Of a DNA stretch of 60,884 nucleotides, positions 45,654 to 54,277 are shown piece by piece. The stretch comes from an uncultured bacterium (lineage in GTDB: Bacteria; Verrucomicrobiota; Kiritimatiellia; RFP12; UBA1067), in assembly GCA_902780865.1 (NCBI GenBank), contig CACZHC010000008.1, forward strand, positions 1 through 60,884, in the 5' to 3' direction. The notes below the pieces were generated by a model, which did no database searches, was not told the origin of the DNA, and was given only the letters and a program-made list of their open reading frames with translations. Made by a program: the position numbers and the translations under genes. Position 1 is the stretch's first letter. The number at the start of each line of letters is the position of its first letter.

Positions 45654-46744
45654 CGGATAGCCGCAACGTATTCCTTTTCGTCATCTGGTCAAAGGCGTGC
45701 GCGCACGAGGCGAAGATTGCCGAGGAGATCGCCGACAGGTTCCATGTGCTGCGTGATTTCAGGGTTTCGTGGCCGAAGCGGCATTTCGCCGAAAACCTTG
45801 CGGCGTTCTACGGTTGGCGAAGCTGGCACATCTGGCGCAACAAGGCAAGAAAATGCGGGACTGGGCCGTTTCGGGTCATAGTTGTCGAGGATCCGTCGCC
45901 TGTGTGGAAGCGCGAGCGCGACACGTACGGGCACGAGCTTGTGGTAGATGCGAACGTATATGCGCTCAAGCAGTCGTTTCGCGCTCTCACAGGCCGCTCC
46001 AACGTGGTTCATTCGTCGGTGACTCCGGAAGAGACGGAGCACCAGCTTGCGGCACTGGACTCTCCGAGCGTAGATCCGATACCGTTTCGTCCCATGCGAT
46101 ATGGCGACGATTCGCGTGTTCGCGCAGCCCGCCGCCGAGTGTGGCTCGGCATTGCCCTTGACGTCTTCATCCCGCTCCTCGCAGCGGTCTTGTCTGGCGC
46201 CGCAGTCTGGGCGGACATCTTCGTGTTTGGCACGGCGTGCGCGGAAAACGGCCTTGTCGAATGCGCGGGACTTGTGCTCGCTGTTGTGTGCGGTGCGCTC
46301 ATGACTGTTTGCGCAATTAGATTGAAGCCGGGGCGCGGCGCACACGCGCTCGCGGCGGCATTCTTCCTGGACATGGCCATCCGCGAGGCAGACTTTATAC
46401 TTGACAGAGCGTTTGGCGCGTGCGTATGGCCTTGGGCGCTTACAGGCGTAACTGTCACGTTCGTGGCAGTGACAGTGCGATACGCGAAGACTGTCTATCC
46501 CGGCTTAAGGACCATGCGGCGCTCGCGGCGTTTCCCGCTCTTTGCCTGTGGCGTGGCGCTGCTGCTCTTTGTCTCGCAGTCGCTTGGACGAGCCGCCGTA
46601 TGGCAGACGCTTGGCGTAGCAGACGCCATCGGTTTTGGCCATTTCATTGAGGAAAGTGTGGAGCTCTTTGGCTATTTGCTTATGTTCGTATGGGCTGCCC
46701 CCCATGCTTTTCGAGCATTACGTAGGCGTAACTATTTGGTATAA
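45650..46744 (+). CDS. Two-domain protein: N-terminal soluble domain (possibly NDK-like fold) plus a C-terminal polytopic membrane domain
   Basis: GTG start overlapping the upstream stop (GTGA). The N-terminus has VFLFVIWSKA.., GPFRVIVVEDPS and TGRSNVVHSSVTPEETEHQL. The C-terminal ~200 aa has about 6 TM helices. Confidence 0.55.
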   Translation: MTDSRNVFLFVIWSKACAHEAKIAEEIADRFHVLRDFRVSWPKRHFAENLAAFYGWRSWHIWRNKARKCGTGPFRVIVVEDPSPVWKRERDTYGHELVVDANVYALKQSFRALTGRSNVVHSSVTPEETEHQLAALDSPSVDPIPFRPMRYGDDSRVRAARRRVWLGIALDVFIPLLAAVLSGAAVWADIFVFGTACAENGLVECAGLVLAVVCGALMTVCAIRLKPGRGAHALAAAFFLDMAIREADFILDRAFGACVWPWALTGVTVTFVAVTVRYAKTVYPGLRTMRRSRRFPLFACGVALLLFVSQSLGRAAVWQTLGVADAIGFGHFIEESVELFGYLLMFVWAAPHAFRALRRRNYLV

Positions 46745-46753
46745 TATTCGGCA

Positions 46754-47422
46754 ATGGACATGAAAACTGAGGAAACGACCTATGATTTTGTCGTCAGTCT
46801 CGGCTATGACTGCCATTGTGCGACGATGCTCAGGAAGTGCGGCTTAAGGTCGTGCTCGTCGCCTCTCGATTGGCTTACCGCAGCTCCGCTCGAGACGCGC
46901 CTCAAGCTCGTCGAGACCCGCTTCGCCGGCTTTCTCGAGAAGGGCAACATGAAGAAGCTCGAGAAGGAGCCTGGCGCCCCCGGAAAGGGCAACGACCACT
47001 ACGAAGACACGGCGACGGGGCTGAGGTTCTTCCATGACTTCCGCGAGACGCTTCCCTTTGACGAGTCGTATTCGCAGGTGAAGGCGAAATATGACCGTCG
47101 CATCGCTCGTCTGTACGACAATGTCGGGAAGTCGAAAAAGACTCTTTTCGTCTGGTGCGACCCTATGCGCCCGCTTTCCGAGGATGACCGTGCCGTTGCC
47201 GAATCGCGTCTTCGCGCGGCGTTTCCCGGCAAGGACGTCGGGCTCCTCTCTGTTTCCTCGGACGAGGATTTCAGCCACATCAAAAGCCCGCTTGCGGAGG
47301 CGATGCACCGCCGCACGGAGCGCCTGCGCCTCCTGATACGCTGTCTCACCTGGCCGCACCTTACGCGCGCAGGCCGCAGCGCGGCGCGTCGTCGGCTCGA
47401 AAAGAAATGGGGGCTCGAATGA
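46754..47422 (+). CDS. DUF1796-like (putative papain-fold) protein
   Basis: YDFVVSLGYDCHCATMLRKCGLRSCSSPLDWL matches the N-terminal signature that I associate with DUF1796. TGGTATAAT at 46737-46745 ends only 8 nt before the ATG, so the transcript may be leaderless. Confidence 0.6.
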   Translation: MDMKTEETTYDFVVSLGYDCHCATMLRKCGLRSCSSPLDWLTAAPLETRLKLVETRFAGFLEKGNMKKLEKEPGAPGKGNDHYEDTATGLRFFHDFRETLPFDESYSQVKAKYDRRIARLYDNVGKSKKTLFVWCDPMRPLSEDDRAVAESRLRAAFPGKDVGLLSVSSDEDFSHIKSPLAEAMHRRTERLRLLIRCLTWPHLTRAGRSAARRRLEKKWGLE

Positions 47423-48819
47423 CCGAGATCGGCAAGGGCTCCCGCCGCGTCTGCCTTCGGCTGCCTGATGCGCCGCTGTGTGTAAAGCGCTATCGCGACG
47501 ATGGCGAAGTGGGCGAGACTGTGCGCAAGGAGATAGAGCGCTGCAAGTTCGATCGCAGGCGCAACACGTGTGCCCAGGAATACGACTACATTCGCTCCAT
47601 TTCCGCAAGAATTCCGCCCGAGGTCTTCGCCGTGTTCCCCGAGACGATGGAACTCAAGGAGGATCCCGTCCACGGCTGGCATCTCGTAGAGAGCCTCGTC
47701 CTCAACGGCGACGGTTCGACGCCGGAGAGGTTTTCGCGCACGTGCCGTGCGGCGGACGCGAACATGCGCAGGCGGCTTCTTGCCGCGTTCCGCAATTTAG
47801 CTCATGCTTTTGAGGCCGCGGCCGTCAGGTTCTACGATCCGCAGAACGTCCTCGTCCAGTGGTCGGGAAAGCCGTTCGAAAGCGATTTCCGGCTCAGAAT
47901 CGTGGACTTTGAGCCGGCGTCGAGGGCGTTTCTCCCGATAGATCTCGCATGCCCTGCGCTCCGCCGCATGAAGCTGCGCCGCCGCGTGAAGCGCTATCTC
48001 TGGCAGCATGTGGCCGCAAAGTACAACCCGCTTCCTTGGCGCAAGCGCGCCGCATGGGATGCGCTCGTCAAAGAAGAGGGCGCGAAGATCGGTCTTTCCC
48101 GCTGCTGCGCCTTTCTTGAGAACAAGCTTGTCAACGACATCTTCTACGAGGGCGATTTCAAGGGGCGGCCCTGCGTCGTAAAGTGCTCCTCACGCGCGCC
48201 GGAGTCGATAGAAAACGAATACAAGCTCGCCTCGCGCCTCCACGCGCTCGATCCTGTGCATTTCCCCGAGGTCTACGCTTTCTCGCCGGGGCCGATGGCC
48301 TTTGTCGTGACCGAGAGGATTGAAGGCGGCAAGACGCTTGCCGACGAGCCAGACGACAAGTACGCTGACGAGGTGCTCGCGATCATTGACTCTCTCTACG
48401 AGGCGAAGGTCGTCTACCGCGACATCCTGCCTGCCAACTTTCTTGTCGCGCCCGACGGTCATCTCAAGCTCATAGACTTCCAGTTTGCCGTCGATTGGAA
48501 CGACAGGCGCATCGACCCGTGGCTCGCCCGCCACCCTGCCTACCATTACACGGTGTTCGCCGGTGTCCTTCAAAAAGGCGTCGCGTGGTGGGACGACGCA
48601 GATTTTTCTACGTTGCTTTTGCCGTCCTTGGACAAGAGCGCGAGATCGCGAATCGGCCGTCTTAGGCTTGAGATCCCGCTTTCGGCAGGCGTTCGCGCGA
48701 GACTCGCGCTTATTGCGTTCGGGATGCGGCTTCAGCGTATTTTCACTCGCCGTGGCTCGCGCAAACGGCAGTCCATCGACCGCAGATTGGAAAGGTTCTC
48801 ATGGTTAAGTTCTTCGTAA
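47419..48819 (+). CDS. Double kinase-like protein (YrbL-like N-domain plus Kdo/WaaP-type lipopolysaccharide kinase-like C-domain)
   Basis: The N-half has GKGSRRVCLRLPDAPLCVKRY.. and ..LRIVDFEP. The C-half has RPCVVKCSS.., IENEYKLASRL and VVYRDILPANFLVAPDGHLKLIDFQFA (HRD-like YRD plus DFQ). ATGA overlap with the upstream gene at 47419; an alternative ATG lies at 47407. Confidence 0.65.
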   Translation: MTEIGKGSRRVCLRLPDAPLCVKRYRDDGEVGETVRKEIERCKFDRRRNTCAQEYDYIRSISARIPPEVFAVFPETMELKEDPVHGWHLVESLVLNGDGSTPERFSRTCRAADANMRRRLLAAFRNLAHAFEAAAVRFYDPQNVLVQWSGKPFESDFRLRIVDFEPASRAFLPIDLACPALRRMKLRRRVKRYLWQHVAAKYNPLPWRKRAAWDALVKEEGAKIGLSRCCAFLENKLVNDIFYEGDFKGRPCVVKCSSRAPESIENEYKLASRLHALDPVHFPEVYAFSPGPMAFVVTERIEGGKTLADEPDDKYADEVLAIIDSLYEAKVVYRDILPANFLVAPDGHLKLIDFQFAVDWNDRRIDPWLARHPAYHYTVFAGVLQKGVAWWDDADFSTLLLPSLDKSARSRIGRLRLEIPLSAGVRARLALIAFGMRLQRIFTRRGSRKRQSIDRRLERFSWLSSS

Positions 48820-50915
48820 AAATCGTAGTGCAGTTCTTCTTCTGGAAGCCCAGCAACTGGCGCAAGGGCTTCAAGGCGAAGCTTACCTCGCAGCTCTACT
48901 CCTTGGCGATTCGTCGCCGCGCAAAGTCGTGCGGAAGGAATCTTCTCGTCCTCGGTCCCGGTGTCAGCGTCACCGGCAACACGACGATAGGCGACGGCGC
49001 GGGATTCGGCAAGCGGGTCAAGATATTCGGCGACGGCCCTGTGTCGATCGGTCGCCGCGCCGTGCTCGCCGAGGACAGCGTGGTGTACACGCAGGTGCAC
49101 GACTACGACCATTCGGACGTCCTGCCGTTTGGCTGGGGGTTCACGTATCCGGAGACGAGCATCGGCGACTACGCGTGGATTGGGATAAAGTGCATAGTGC
49201 TTCCTGGCGCCCGCATAGGCGAAGGCGCGATTGTCCAGGCGGGAAGCGTCGTAATGGGCGTCGTGCCGCCTTGCGCGATTGTCGCCGGCAACCCGGCGAA
49301 GGTGATCGGCTGGCGCGACATCGAACATTACAACAAGCTCAAGGTGGCGGCTGGGGAGACGCCCGTTGCGGTGCCTGGGACCGGTGACGACAAGGGGGCA
49401 GGAGTCAGTGACGCGAGACTTGACGACATCTTCTGCAGCGTGTTTTCCGTGACTCCCGAAGAGGCTCGCACCATGACCTACAAGGGGCATCCCGCATGGG
49501 ATTCCGCAGGGCAGATGGCGCTTGCCTCCGCGATTGAGCGCGAATTTGGCCGTGCGCTCTCGCCTGCGGAAATCTACCGCCTCAGGTCCTATGCCGATGC
49601 GGTTGCTCTTTTAACGCAGAGGCGCAGAGGCGCAGAGAATGGCGATGCCGGCCTTGTATTCAACCTCGATCGCGATGGAATCGCTGTGATAGACGAAGGG
49701 CGGGAAGTCTCGTACCGCGAACTCGCCTCGCTTGCGTCTCGTGCGGCGGATGGCCTTGCCCCTCATACCGTCAAGATCGTGCGTAACAAGCAGGACATGG
49801 ACACGGTCGCGCTTTTCGTCGGTTGCGTCAACCGTGGCGTTGTTCCGCTGATGCTTCCAGACACGATGGACAGCGGGCTTTTCGAGCGGCTCCGCTCCAC
49901 CTACGAAGGAAAGCCAACCGACCCGGCCCTCGGGCTCTTGCTCACCACGAGCGGCTCGACGGGAAGTCCCAAGCTCGTCCGCATAAGCCGCGCCAACCTC
50001 GTGGCTGACAACAAGATGAGCGAAGTGCTTTTCGGCTTTGACACCTCGACGCGGATGACGATGATCCTCCCGATATGCTACGCGTGGGGGCTTTCTGTCG
50101 CCTGCTCCGTTCTCGAGGCCGGGGGAACGCTCGTCATGACGCGCAAGACGGTAATGGACCCGGAACTCGCGGATGTCATGCGCTCTGCTTGCGCAACGCA
50201 TGTCGCGGGCGTTCCGTACATGTACGAGGCGCTCGACAGGTTCCGCTTCTTCGAGGGGGATTTCCCGTCGCTAAAGGGGTTGCTCGTCTCCGGCGGCGCT
50301 CTTGCCCCCGCCCTAAGGCGCAAGTACGCGGAGTTCGCGAAGGGGCGCGGCATCGCGTTCTGCGAGGGATACGGGCAGACCGAGACGACCGGAGTGATGA
50401 CGACTATCAGGACGGACGTGCATCTCGACCTGATCGGCTCTATAGGAAAGTCCGAAAACGGCGGCATGTTCCGCGTAGAGGACGGCGAACTCGTCTACGA
50501 GGGGCCGATCGTCGCGATGGGGTACGCCGTATGCGCGGAGGATCTCATGAAGGGCGACGAGTGGAAGGGCGTCAGGCGGACTGGCGACATGGCGAAGATC
50601 GATGCCGACGGCTATGTCACGCTCACTGGGCGTGCGTCGCGGTTTCTCAAGATCTTCGGCAACCGCGTCTCGCTTGAGGAGGTGGAGAACCTGGTGAAGG
50701 ACGGCTTCGCTGGCTCAGGATGCGCGGCGACAGGCGCAGACAACGACTTGCATGTCTTCGTCTGCGGCGTTTCTGCCGCGGACGTCGAGAAGTTCATAGT
50801 CGCGAAACTCCACTTCAACGCGACGGTGGTGAAGGTTCATGTCTTGGATTCCATCCCGCTCAACGCGAACGGGAAGACCGACTATCCGAAATTGAAGGGG
50901 ATGTGTGGCAAATGA
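48801..50915 (+). CDS. Tri-domain protein: left-handed beta-helix acetyl/acyltransferase, carrier (ACP/PCP-like) domain, and adenylation domain
   Basis: Hexapeptide-repeat region (IGDGAGFGKRVKIFGDGPVSIGRRAVLAEDSVV..IGDYAWIGIKCIVLPGARIGEGAIVQAGSVV). Carrier motif HPAWDSAGQMALASAIEREFG. A-domain cores LLTTSGSTGSPKLVRIS, EGYGQTETT, RRTGDMAKIDADGYVTLTGRASRFLKIFGNRVSLEEVE and NANGKTDY. Confidence 0.8.
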   Translation: MVKFFVKIVVQFFFWKPSNWRKGFKAKLTSQLYSLAIRRRAKSCGRNLLVLGPGVSVTGNTTIGDGAGFGKRVKIFGDGPVSIGRRAVLAEDSVVYTQVHDYDHSDVLPFGWGFTYPETSIGDYAWIGIKCIVLPGARIGEGAIVQAGSVVMGVVPPCAIVAGNPAKVIGWRDIEHYNKLKVAAGETPVAVPGTGDDKGAGVSDARLDDIFCSVFSVTPEEARTMTYKGHPAWDSAGQMALASAIEREFGRALSPAEIYRLRSYADAVALLTQRRRGAENGDAGLVFNLDRDGIAVIDEGREVSYRELASLASRAADGLAPHTVKIVRNKQDMDTVALFVGCVNRGVVPLMLPDTMDSGLFERLRSTYEGKPTDPALGLLLTTSGSTGSPKLVRISRANLVADNKMSEVLFGFDTSTRMTMILPICYAWGLSVACSVLEAGGTLVMTRKTVMDPELADVMRSACATHVAGVPYMYEALDRFRFFEGDFPSLKGLLVSGGALAPALRRKYAEFAKGRGIAFCEGYGQTETTGVMTTIRTDVHLDLIGSIGKSENGGMFRVEDGELVYEGPIVAMGYAVCAEDLMKGDEWKGVRRTGDMAKIDADGYVTLTGRASRFLKIFGNRVSLEEVENLVKDGFAGSGCAATGADNDLHVFVCGVSAADVEKFIVAKLHFNATVVKVHVLDSIPLNANGKTDYPKLKGMCGK

Positions 50916-51241
50916 GCAGCGAGCTGACAGACGAGGAGCGTCGCAGCATCGAGACGCGCGAATGGGAGAAGGTCGTTGCCGGCGGCGGCTGCCACCGCAA
51001 GGGCAACGTGCGGCTTTTCGGAGACGTCAGGCTTCTCAGGTTCAAGCTTTCCAAGGGCCCGAAGAGGTTTCTTACCTTCCATCCGAAGGAGACTCCGCTT
51101 GCGACGTTCAAGCTTGGCCGTACGGCGTGGGCCGTCGTGAGGCAGGACGGCGAACTTGAGGAAAGGCAGGTCCCGATCGCGAGCGAAGCCAATGCCCTCG
51201 TCCGCGTGAAGCTCGCCGTTTCGCGCGTCCTGCAACTGTGA
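50912..51241 (+). CDS. Small hypothetical protein (109 aa), possibly the N-terminal part of a frameshifted gene
   Basis: ATGA overlap with the upstream gene. The protein runs MSSELTDEERRSIETREWEK.. to ..ALVRVKLAVSRVLQL. See the finding on the apparent +1 frameshift. Confidence 0.45.
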   Translation: MSSELTDEERRSIETREWEKVVAGGGCHRKGNVRLFGDVRLLRFKLSKGPKRFLTFHPKETPLATFKLGRTAWAVVRQDGELEERQVPIASEANALVRVKLAVSRVLQL

Positions 51242-51326
51242 GCTCGCCTACCGCTTCGTCAGGGCCAACGGATTCCTCGACTCCACTTTTTTCGCGTGGG
51301 CGAGCGCAGGCGACTGCAAGGATCTC

Positions 51327-51887
51327 GTGGCGGCTCTCCGCCGCTTCGACGACATTTTCGCCGGGGAGATGACCTTCGACCCGACTGCGAACGACATATT
51401 CATGTGCTCCAATACCGGCACCGTCGCGCATTCGCGCTACTCGCCGAAGGGCGGCGGCGCGAAGCCCGAGAGGAAGGCGTCGGACATCGAGTCTGAGAAG
51501 GCCGAGTTGCGTTCGCGCATGAACCACCTCCGCGAGAAGTTCCGCCGCCAGCTCAGGGACGACGAGTCGACCCTCGTCGTCGTCAAGCTGCGCCCGGAGG
51601 AATGTCCCGAGGGCGACGCCCGCATCAAGGCGCTTGACGCGCAGCTTCGCGAGATGGGCGGGCGCAACTACTCGATCCTCGCCGTCTGCCGCAAGGCCGA
51701 CGCCGTGCATTTTCCGAAGGAGCATCCCGGCTATTACCTGCGCACCGTCTCCAGCTACAATCCCGAGTGGAAGGCCGCGACGGAACAGCTCGGCGACAGG
51801 GCGGGATGGACCGTCATCTGGCGCGAGTTCGCGCCGATGAAGAAACTCGTCCAGCACAAGACGTACAAGTTCGAGGAAGGGCATTGA
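51327..51887 (+). CDS. DUF1796-like protein, C-terminal portion as called (start uncertain)
   Basis: Collinear by eye with 46754-47422: FDDIFAGEM with FAGFLEKGN, NTGTVAHSRY with ATGLRFFHDF, and STLVVVK with KTLFVWC. The same frame is open from 51210 and encodes SCNCELAYRFVRANGFLDSTFFAW, the missing N-terminal signature, with no start codon before the GTG at 51327. Confidence 0.55.
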   Translation: MAALRRFDDIFAGEMTFDPTANDIFMCSNTGTVAHSRYSPKGGGAKPERKASDIESEKAELRSRMNHLREKFRRQLRDDESTLVVVKLRPEECPEGDARIKALDAQLREMGGRNYSILAVCRKADAVHFPKEHPGYYLRTVSSYNPEWKAATEQLGDRAGWTVIWREFAPMKKLVQHKTYKFEEGH

Positions 51888-52684
51888 TGATACCGAAGAC
51901 GATACACTACGTCTGGGTGGGCGATGCGCCGAAGCCGCGGCAGGTCCTCGACTGCATCGAGAGCTGGCGCCGCTTCTGCCCCGGCTGGGAGATACGCGAA
52001 TGGGGAAACGACTTCGCCTCGACGGTCGGCAACCGGTATGTTCGCGAGGCCCTTGCCCATCGCAAGTGGGCCTTTGTCGCAGACTGGGTGCGGCTCTACG
52101 CACTTGTGCATCACGGCGGGTTCTATCTCGACACCGACATGGAGATGGAGAAGCCGTTCGACGATTTCCTCGGCGAGAAGTTCGTCATCAGCTGGGAGAG
52201 GATGAACGGCCGCACGAACTTCAACTGCGGCGTGATCGGCTGCGAGCCGGAGAACGAAGTCGCCAAGGGGCTTCTCGCCCTCTACGACGACCTGCCGTTC
52301 GTCAAGCCCGACGGAGAGCTCGACCAGACGCCGAACACCGTCCGGTTCCTTGCGCATTTCGAGTCGGTGTGGAAGGTGCATCCGTCGGCCGACGGAATGG
52401 ACACCGTCCGCTTCGGCGACGGCGGAGTCGTCTATCCGTGGACGTACTTCCTCCCTGGCGGCGGCTACACTCGCCATCTCTACGAGGCGTCATGGCTCGA
52501 CCCGTGGCTTCGCAAGGTGTGGCTGAAGGCGGGGAAGTACAAGCTTGTTCGCTTCAAGCGCCGCAAGGAAGTCTCGGCGTCTGCGCCAGTCGCGCTGATG
52601 GACGGGGAACGTCGTGTCGCGTCGCTCCCGATTGGAAGCCGCAAGCGCGTCGTGCTTGTAAGGACGGAGGTGCCGCATGGCTGA
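51887..52684 (+). CDS. DXD-motif glycosyltransferase (Gly_transf_sug / OCH1-like)
   Basis: MIPKTIHYVWVGDAPKP..CIESWRRFCPGWEIREW and GGFYLDTDMEM (DXD motif). The start overlaps the upstream stop by 1 nt. Confidence 0.75.
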   Translation: MIPKTIHYVWVGDAPKPRQVLDCIESWRRFCPGWEIREWGNDFASTVGNRYVREALAHRKWAFVADWVRLYALVHHGGFYLDTDMEMEKPFDDFLGEKFVISWERMNGRTNFNCGVIGCEPENEVAKGLLALYDDLPFVKPDGELDQTPNTVRFLAHFESVWKVHPSADGMDTVRFGDGGVVYPWTYFLPGGGYTRHLYEASWLDPWLRKVWLKAGKYKLVRFKRRKEVSASAPVALMDGERRVASLPIGSRKRVVLVRTEVPHG

Positions 52685-53369
52685 TGGAAGCGACTGCTCC
52701 GGCTGCGTCTTCGTCGCAGTTGTGCGCGACCACGACATGTATGCGCGGCTCGTGAAGGACAACCCAAACAACGCTGGCGGCGAGTTCGTCGCGTTCGACA
52801 ACCTCGTTGAAAACCTTTCGGTCACGGCGCGGTACAACTCTTTTCTCGAATCGTGGGACTATTCGCGCGAGGCGTGGTTTGTCTTCGTCCATGAGGACTA
52901 CGAGTTCCTCGAGCCGGTCGGGCCGCTTCTCGCAAAAGCGGACCGCAAAAGCATATACGGCACCTGCGGAGCGCGCTCGACGCATCCGGGCGACGACATC
53001 GTGTGGGCGCTCAACTCCAATCGCGACGGGACTAACCTCGGCGTCTACGGTCGTCCGTTCCGCGGACAGCCGACTGTCCTGACGTCCGACTGCAACTGCC
53101 TCATGGTCCATTCGTCGCTTGTCCGCGAGTACTCGCTCAGGTTCGACGAGAAGCTGACGTTCGACCTCTATGCAGAAGACTTCGAGATCGCGGCGTTCGA
53201 GCGTTTCGGGATCCCGACTAAGATACTCGGAGTAGCAAACCACCACTATTCGTTCGGTAGCATCGCGCCGCGCTTTTTCGTCCAGAGGCGGTATTTGATG
53301 GACAAGTACAGGGATGCGAGCCGCGTCTACGCTCGTTCTTGCGGCGAAGAGGGCGAACCGCCGGCTTAA
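52677..53369 (+). CDS. Putative GT-A-like glycosyltransferase (weak assignment)
   Basis: An 8-nt overlap with the upstream gene. CVFVAVVRDHDMYARL.., FVFVHEDYEF and FDLYAEDFEIA resemble small capsule/LPS-locus transferases. No firm motif. Confidence 0.5.
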   Translation: MADGSDCSGCVFVAVVRDHDMYARLVKDNPNNAGGEFVAFDNLVENLSVTARYNSFLESWDYSREAWFVFVHEDYEFLEPVGPLLAKADRKSIYGTCGARSTHPGDDIVWALNSNRDGTNLGVYGRPFRGQPTVLTSDCNCLMVHSSLVREYSLRFDEKLTFDLYAEDFEIAAFERFGIPTKILGVANHHYSFGSIAPRFFVQRRYLMDKYRDASRVYARSCGEEGEPPA

Positions 53370-53515
53370 GCGCCTTGGCTGGCTGCGTCGCGTCGGCCGG
53401 TTCTTCTGGTACCGCAAGTACTCTCGCGACGGGTATATGCGTCTGCGCGTCCTGGGCCTTCCTCTTAAGTTCGCCGCCGCCGGCAAGTATTCGGCCTTTC
53501 TTGTAAAGTGACGGC

Positions 53516-54277
53516 TCAGAAGCGCGTTAGCCGCGGCGAGAGACGTGTCGCTCTTGCCGCGAAAACGCTTTTAAGCCCCGCGACGGAGAAATCTCCTTCC
53601 GCCTCGGTCCACACACGGGCGACATCTTCTGCGTTGTGCGCGTCCGACGAGCGCGTGACGGCGTAGTCGCCGATTTTGGGAAGCCAAATCGCTTCGTCCG
53701 CAGTGCGCGAGAGTTCCACTGCGTCATAGAACCGTCCGCCGTCTGGCTGCCGCTCCGAGTCGACCATTGGCTCTGGTATCGCCCCGAGGGCGCCTATGAC
53801 GGAGTGGTTTGCGCGGTCTACGTGCGCAGCTATGAAAAGGCCGCCGAGCTCGTGGACCTTCGTCGCCGTTTCTGGAATTGTGCGGCGGCAGCCCATGGCG
53901 AGGATTCGCCACTCCATCTCTACAATGTCGTCGTCCCATGTCACGACAGGCTGGTCGCCGAACGTCTCTGGGTCGTTCACGCGCTTTGGCATTGCGGCAT
54001 AGACCCACTCCGTCATTTCAAGTGCCTGTTCCACGGTGTCGAAGATGGCAAGCGAGTGGACTTCCTCGGCGGTCTGCACCTCCATGCCGAAAAGGCACTT
54101 GATTCCAGCGCGCCGCGCGCATTCGGCTATTGCCGGCGTGTTTCTCGCCGACTGGTGGTCGGTGAGCGCGATGCCGTCCATCCCCGCGGAAAGGGCGCGC
54201 GCGACAATTTCGGACGGCGCCATTTCGAGGTTCGCGCAGGGCGAAAGGCAGCTGTGGATGTGCAGGTCGAATTTCAC
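53516..54277 (-). CDS. PHP-domain metal-dependent phosphoesterase
   Basis: MKFDLHIHSCLSPCA.., GMDGIALTDHQS, a GMEVQT..EVH pattern, and AAHVDR. Confidence 0.8.
   Translation of the reverse strand: MKFDLHIHSCLSPCANLEMAPSEIVARALSAGMDGIALTDHQSARNTPAIAECARRAGIKCLFGMEVQTAEEVHSLAIFDTVEQALEMTEWVYAAMPKRVNDPETFGDQPVVTWDDDIVEMEWRILAMGCRRTIPETATKVHELGGLFIAAHVDRANHSVIGALGAIPEPMVDSERQPDGGRFYDAVELSRTADEAIWLPKIGDYAVTRSSDAHNAEDVARVWTEAEGDFSVAGLKSVFAARATRLSPRLTRF

Noticed and set aside
53314-53511. 65-aa very basic ORF (..RRLKRLGWLRRVGRFFWYRKYSRDGYMRLRVLGLPLKF..) overlapping the 3' end of the GT-A-like gene by 56 nt
   Set aside because: It could be a real small protein or the true C-terminus of 52677-53369 after a frameshift. 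I see no SD sequence and have no homology evidence, so I cannot support it from sequence alone. It is worth checking read pileups near 53300-53370.
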